10,958 bases of DNA, taken from Prasinococcaceae sp. CCMP 1430 (lineage: Eukaryota; Plantae; Prasinodermophyta). Every line of letters begins with the position of its first letter. Position 1 is the stretch's first letter. Below, piece by piece: positions 8,262-10,958 of this stretch. The stretch is from positions 569,793 to 580,750 of the forward strand of contig RQSC01000020.1 of assembly GCA_013416795.1 (NCBI GenBank), in the 5' to 3' direction. The translations under genes were made by a program, and so were the position numbers. The notes beneath the pieces were generated by a model. It was not told the DNA's origin. It worked only from the letters and a program-made list of their open reading frames with translations, and made no database searches.

Positions 8262-8861
8262 GGCGGCTACGGCTCCTTCGGCTACAACTACTACTGGAAG
8301 CGCTCCGAGGCCGAGAAGAATCTGCTGCGCACGCACACCACGGCCGTGTCGAGCCGCATGCTGTACAAGCTGGCGCAGGAGGGCTTCCGGCCGCAGAAGT
8401 ACTTCTCCATCGACCGCGTCTTCCGCAACGAGGCCGTGGATCGCACGCACCTGGCCGAGTTCCACCAGGTGGAGGGTGTGGTGTGCGACCGGAACCTCAG
8501 CCTGGGCCACCTGATGGGCCAGATTCGCTCCTTCTTCGAGCGCATCGGCATGCCCAGCGTGCGCTTCAAGCCCGCCTACAACCCCTACACCGAGCCCTCG
8601 ATGGAGATCTTCGCCTTTCACCAGGGGCTGGGCAAGTGGGTGGAGGTGGGCAACTCGGGCGTCTTCCGGCCCGAGATGCTGCGTCCCATGGGGCTGCCGG
8701 AGGACGTGACGGTCATTGCGTGGGGGCTGAGCCTCGAGAGGCCCACCATGATCCTGTACGGTATCGACAACATCCGGGACCTCTTCGGCCACAAGACGGA
8801 CCTGGACATGATCCAGAGCAACCCCATTTGCAGGCTGGGCATGGACGACGTGCAGGGCTGA
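8262..8861 (+). CDS. FARSA: Cytosolic phenylalanine-tRNA ligase alpha subunit, C-terminal ~199 aa only (5' half absent from window)
   Basis: [59 protein letters not shown] (class II motif 2), [60 protein letters not shown] (motif 3), NPICRLG. No stops or frameshifts, very high GC3, stop TGA 8859-8861. Confidence 0.95.
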   Translation, partial: GGYGSFGYNYYWKRSEAEKNLLRTHTTAVSSRMLYKLAQEGFRPQKYFSIDRVFRNEAVDRTHLAEFHQVEGVVCDRNLSLGHLMGQIRSFFERIGMPSVRFKPAYNPYTEPSMEIFAFHQGLGKWVEVGNSGVFRPEMLRPMGLPEDVTVIAWGLSLERPTMILYGIDNIRDLFGHKTDLDMIQSNPICRLGMDDVQG

Positions 8862-8883
8862 GCGGAGCCACTCACCCCCAAAC

Positions 8884-8888
8884 TGTAA
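8884..8888 (+). terminator. TGTAA poly(A) signal for the PheRS-alpha unit
   Basis: TGTAA 23 nt after the stop codon. Confidence 0.55.
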
Positions 8889-8983
8889 ACATCGAGCGAC
8901 TCATTATTACTACCGCAATCTGCCTCTTCTAGCTATGAGCGCGATCTGAGACAGCTGCGAGCTGCGAGTGCTTGGTCTCCTCA

Positions 8984-10352
8984 TCAGTAGCCGACCGCCT
9001 CCGAGATCACTCCGATGCACCCGCCGAAAACGGATCCCCAAACGACGAGCCAGGACAAGTGCGCGCGCAGCACGTCCTCCACCATGGACTTCACCTTGTT
9101 GGGCGTGAGCTCCTCCAGCCGCTCTTCCATGAGGCGGTCTACCTCGCGAACGATCGCGTTGACGGGCGGATTGGCCGCCTTGTCCGCAACGATCTCGCTC
9201 AGGTGCGGCGCAACGTCATCGGCCAGCTATTATGTGGGGCAAAGACGCCGCGCGCGAGGGCCGGGCCCGGTCAGCTGGCTGTGTGCACGCCTGGGCACGT
9301 GCGCAGCCGTGCGAGCGCACAGCGCCGTAGGGGAAATGCCCTGCCCCCGGTGACCGCGCTTTGCAAGCGAGAGCGCACCTTGCCGATGAAACCCTTGACG
9401 AGAGCCTTGAGCTGCTCCCCGCCGATGCCCATCGTCTTCAGGATGAGCCCTGCAGGGCGCGTCGAGATCTTCTCCAACTTCCTCTCGAGCGCCGTGTTGA
9501 ACTCCTCGTCGGACAGGATCGAACGGAGCTTGTCCTCGACACCCCACTGGCATGTGGAGGGCGCGCACCGCGTGTGTGGGAGCGAGCAGAGCGTCAGCGG
9601 AAGTCGGAGCGCGGCATTGGGGCGAGCGGCGCTGTGCCACATCTCCGCTTTGCTGCTCCGCGCGCGCACCTGTGTGCTGTAAGGCCCGAACTTCTTCTTG
9701 AGCTGCTTGGTGAGGAACGTGGGCTCGAAAAAGGTATCCATGATCATGTTCTTCATGGTCGCGCGGATGGCTGCGGGATAGAGCAGCAGCGCGTGCCCAG
9801 CGGTCAGCCTCGGGAGCTCACACGGCCAACAGGCGCATAGGCTCGCGCACGAGCGCGCCACGCTGCCGCATCCGCCCCGCGCCCCACCCAGCGCGTGCCT
9901 CACCCTTGAACTGCTTCGGAATAATACCGCTGCCGAAGACGCCGGGTATCTCGTCGAAGAGCATGACGATGGCGATCCAGTTGGTCGCACCCCCTGCGAA
10001 GCCGAACAACCCGAACGCCATGATGTAGGCGCCGGCGGTGGATGCAGCGTCGTCGTCCTTGAGCGCGGTGCGCAGCGCCACGCCAATGCACTGCGTCGGT
10101 TTCGTGAGGTGATAAGGCATGGTGTGGGGAGTATAGCAGGGTTGGAGGGCGGGTGGCGAGTGCATGAGCGAGCGAGCGAGAAGGTGGCACTCACGCGTGA
10201 GCATGCCGGGCGACCGCAATCGCGCGCTCTCTAAGGCACGCGCCGCGGGTGCCATCGCCGCGGCCGCAGCGAGCGCGCGCGTGCGCGCGCGTTGAGCGCA
10301 CCATCATCGCGATGGTGCAGAGGTTGGCGACATCGCCGCGGTTGAGGCCCAT
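8984..10352 (-). CDS. DUF445-like membrane protein, 5 exons (10352-10302, 10090-9904, 9770-9670, 9546-9379, 9226-8984), 249 aa
   Basis: All four introns are GT-AG and phase-consistent (donors GTGCGC, GTGAGG, GTGCGC, GTGCGC; CTGAC branch sites at 9807, 9597, 9274); exons sum to 750 nt. The spliced protein has FGLFGFAGGATNWIAIVMLFDEIPGVFGSGIIP near the N-terminus and ELTPNKVKSMVEDVLRAHLSWLVVWGSVFGGCIG at the C-terminus, the two hallmark hydrophobic ends of DUF445-type proteins. Confidence 0.85.
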
Positions 10353-10438
10353 GGCACGCGTTCGCGCGCGGGCGCGCCGAGCGGCGGCGCCGAGCGGTTG
10401 AACGGGCGCCGAACCGCAGGCGGGCGCTGCCCCACGCG

Positions 10439-10647
10439 NNNNNNNNNNNNNNNNNNNNNNNNNNNNNNNNNNNNNNNNNNNNNNNNNNNNNNNNNNNNNN
10501 NNNNNNNNNNNNNNNNNNNNNNNNNNNNNNNNNNNNNNNNNNNNNNNNNNNNNNNNNNNNNNNNNNNNNNNNNNNNNNNNNNNNNNNNNNNNNNNNNNNN
10601 NNNNNNNNNNNNNNNNNNNNNNNNNNNNNNNNNNNNNNNNNNNNNNN
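10439..10647. other. Assembly gap (209 N)
   Basis: Run of N. Confidence 0.98.
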
Positions 10648-10853
10648 CGAAAGGGCGCGCCGCCAACGGGCGCGCGCCGCGACGGCACGCGAGGGGCGGG
10701 GTTCAGGTCCGTCGCGGCGGGACCGGCGGCCCGGCGCCGACGTTTTGGGGAAGAGCCTCGGTGGATGGCCGAGAGGGTCTGCGGTCGGCACGGACCATAT
10801 TCGAATGCGTGGGAAATCAAAAAGACCCGACGCAAGCGCATGCACACGGCCTC

Positions 10854-10879
10854 TTCTTTTTTTTCTTTTTTTTTCTTTT
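10854..10879 (+). repeat. Poly-pyrimidine / oligo-T tract
   Basis: ttcttttttttctttttttttctttt-type tract in an otherwise GC-rich context. Confidence 0.8.
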
Positions 10880-10958
10880 GGGCGCGGCGAAAACGTTCGT
10901 ATTGGGCGCACCGTCCGGCGCCGCGCGCGCCACTCGGCGGTCGCCGGGCGCGCGCCGG

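Noticed and set aside
7940-8932. 330-aa plus ORF overlapping PheRS as a possible N-terminal or frameshifted partner
   Set aside because: Different frame from PheRS, and its upstream part (MGGGSVVSGGG...) has no resemblance to the PheRS N-terminus, so a simple frameshift does not restore the gene.
4503-10301. Introner-element family among the introns
   Set aside because: The five well-supported introns differ in length (123-211 nt) and, apart from the motif pair reported, share no end-to-end similarity or terminal inverted repeats that I can see.
10759-10830. Intact tRNA gene
   Set aside because: A-box-like sequence is present but there is no acceptor stem, anticodon arm or proper T-arm; kept only as a weak SINE/Pol III candidate.
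1-10958. CRISPR array, transposase, integrase or viral genes
   Set aside because: No repeat-spacer arrays and no DDE, RT or recombinase motifs in any frame; the 18-bp periodic motif at 8042-8091 has only 2-3 short degenerate units.

Overview
Gene-dense, very GC-rich eukaryotic nuclear DNA with GT-AG spliceosomal introns, CTGAC/CTGAT branch sites and TGTAA poly(A)-type signals. It is most consistent with a GC-rich green alga (inferred from TGTAA, a plant-type YlmG and a plant-like PheRS sequence). Recognisable genes: YGGT/YlmG (+, 5' end probably at or beyond the window edge), an intronless MGxxxS-type PP2C (-), a GATA zinc finger + PHD finger protein (-), a spliced orphan gene (-), the C-terminal ~200 aa only of cytosolic phenylalanyl-tRNA synthetase alpha (+), and a 5-exon DUF445-like membrane protein (-). 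The assembly is a draft, with N gaps at 5516, 6289-6319 and 10439-10647. Most striking: the PheRS-alpha 3' half is intact but has no 5' half in the preceding 8.2 kb, and a branch-point-like CTAAT but no AG acceptor sits at its junction (split/trans-spliced gene, partial duplicate or misassembly). Also notable: the GATA-PHD fusion, and a paired motif defining a ~34-nt pseudo-exon in introns of two unrelated genes. Most of the long ORFs in the supplied track are GC-rich shadow frames.
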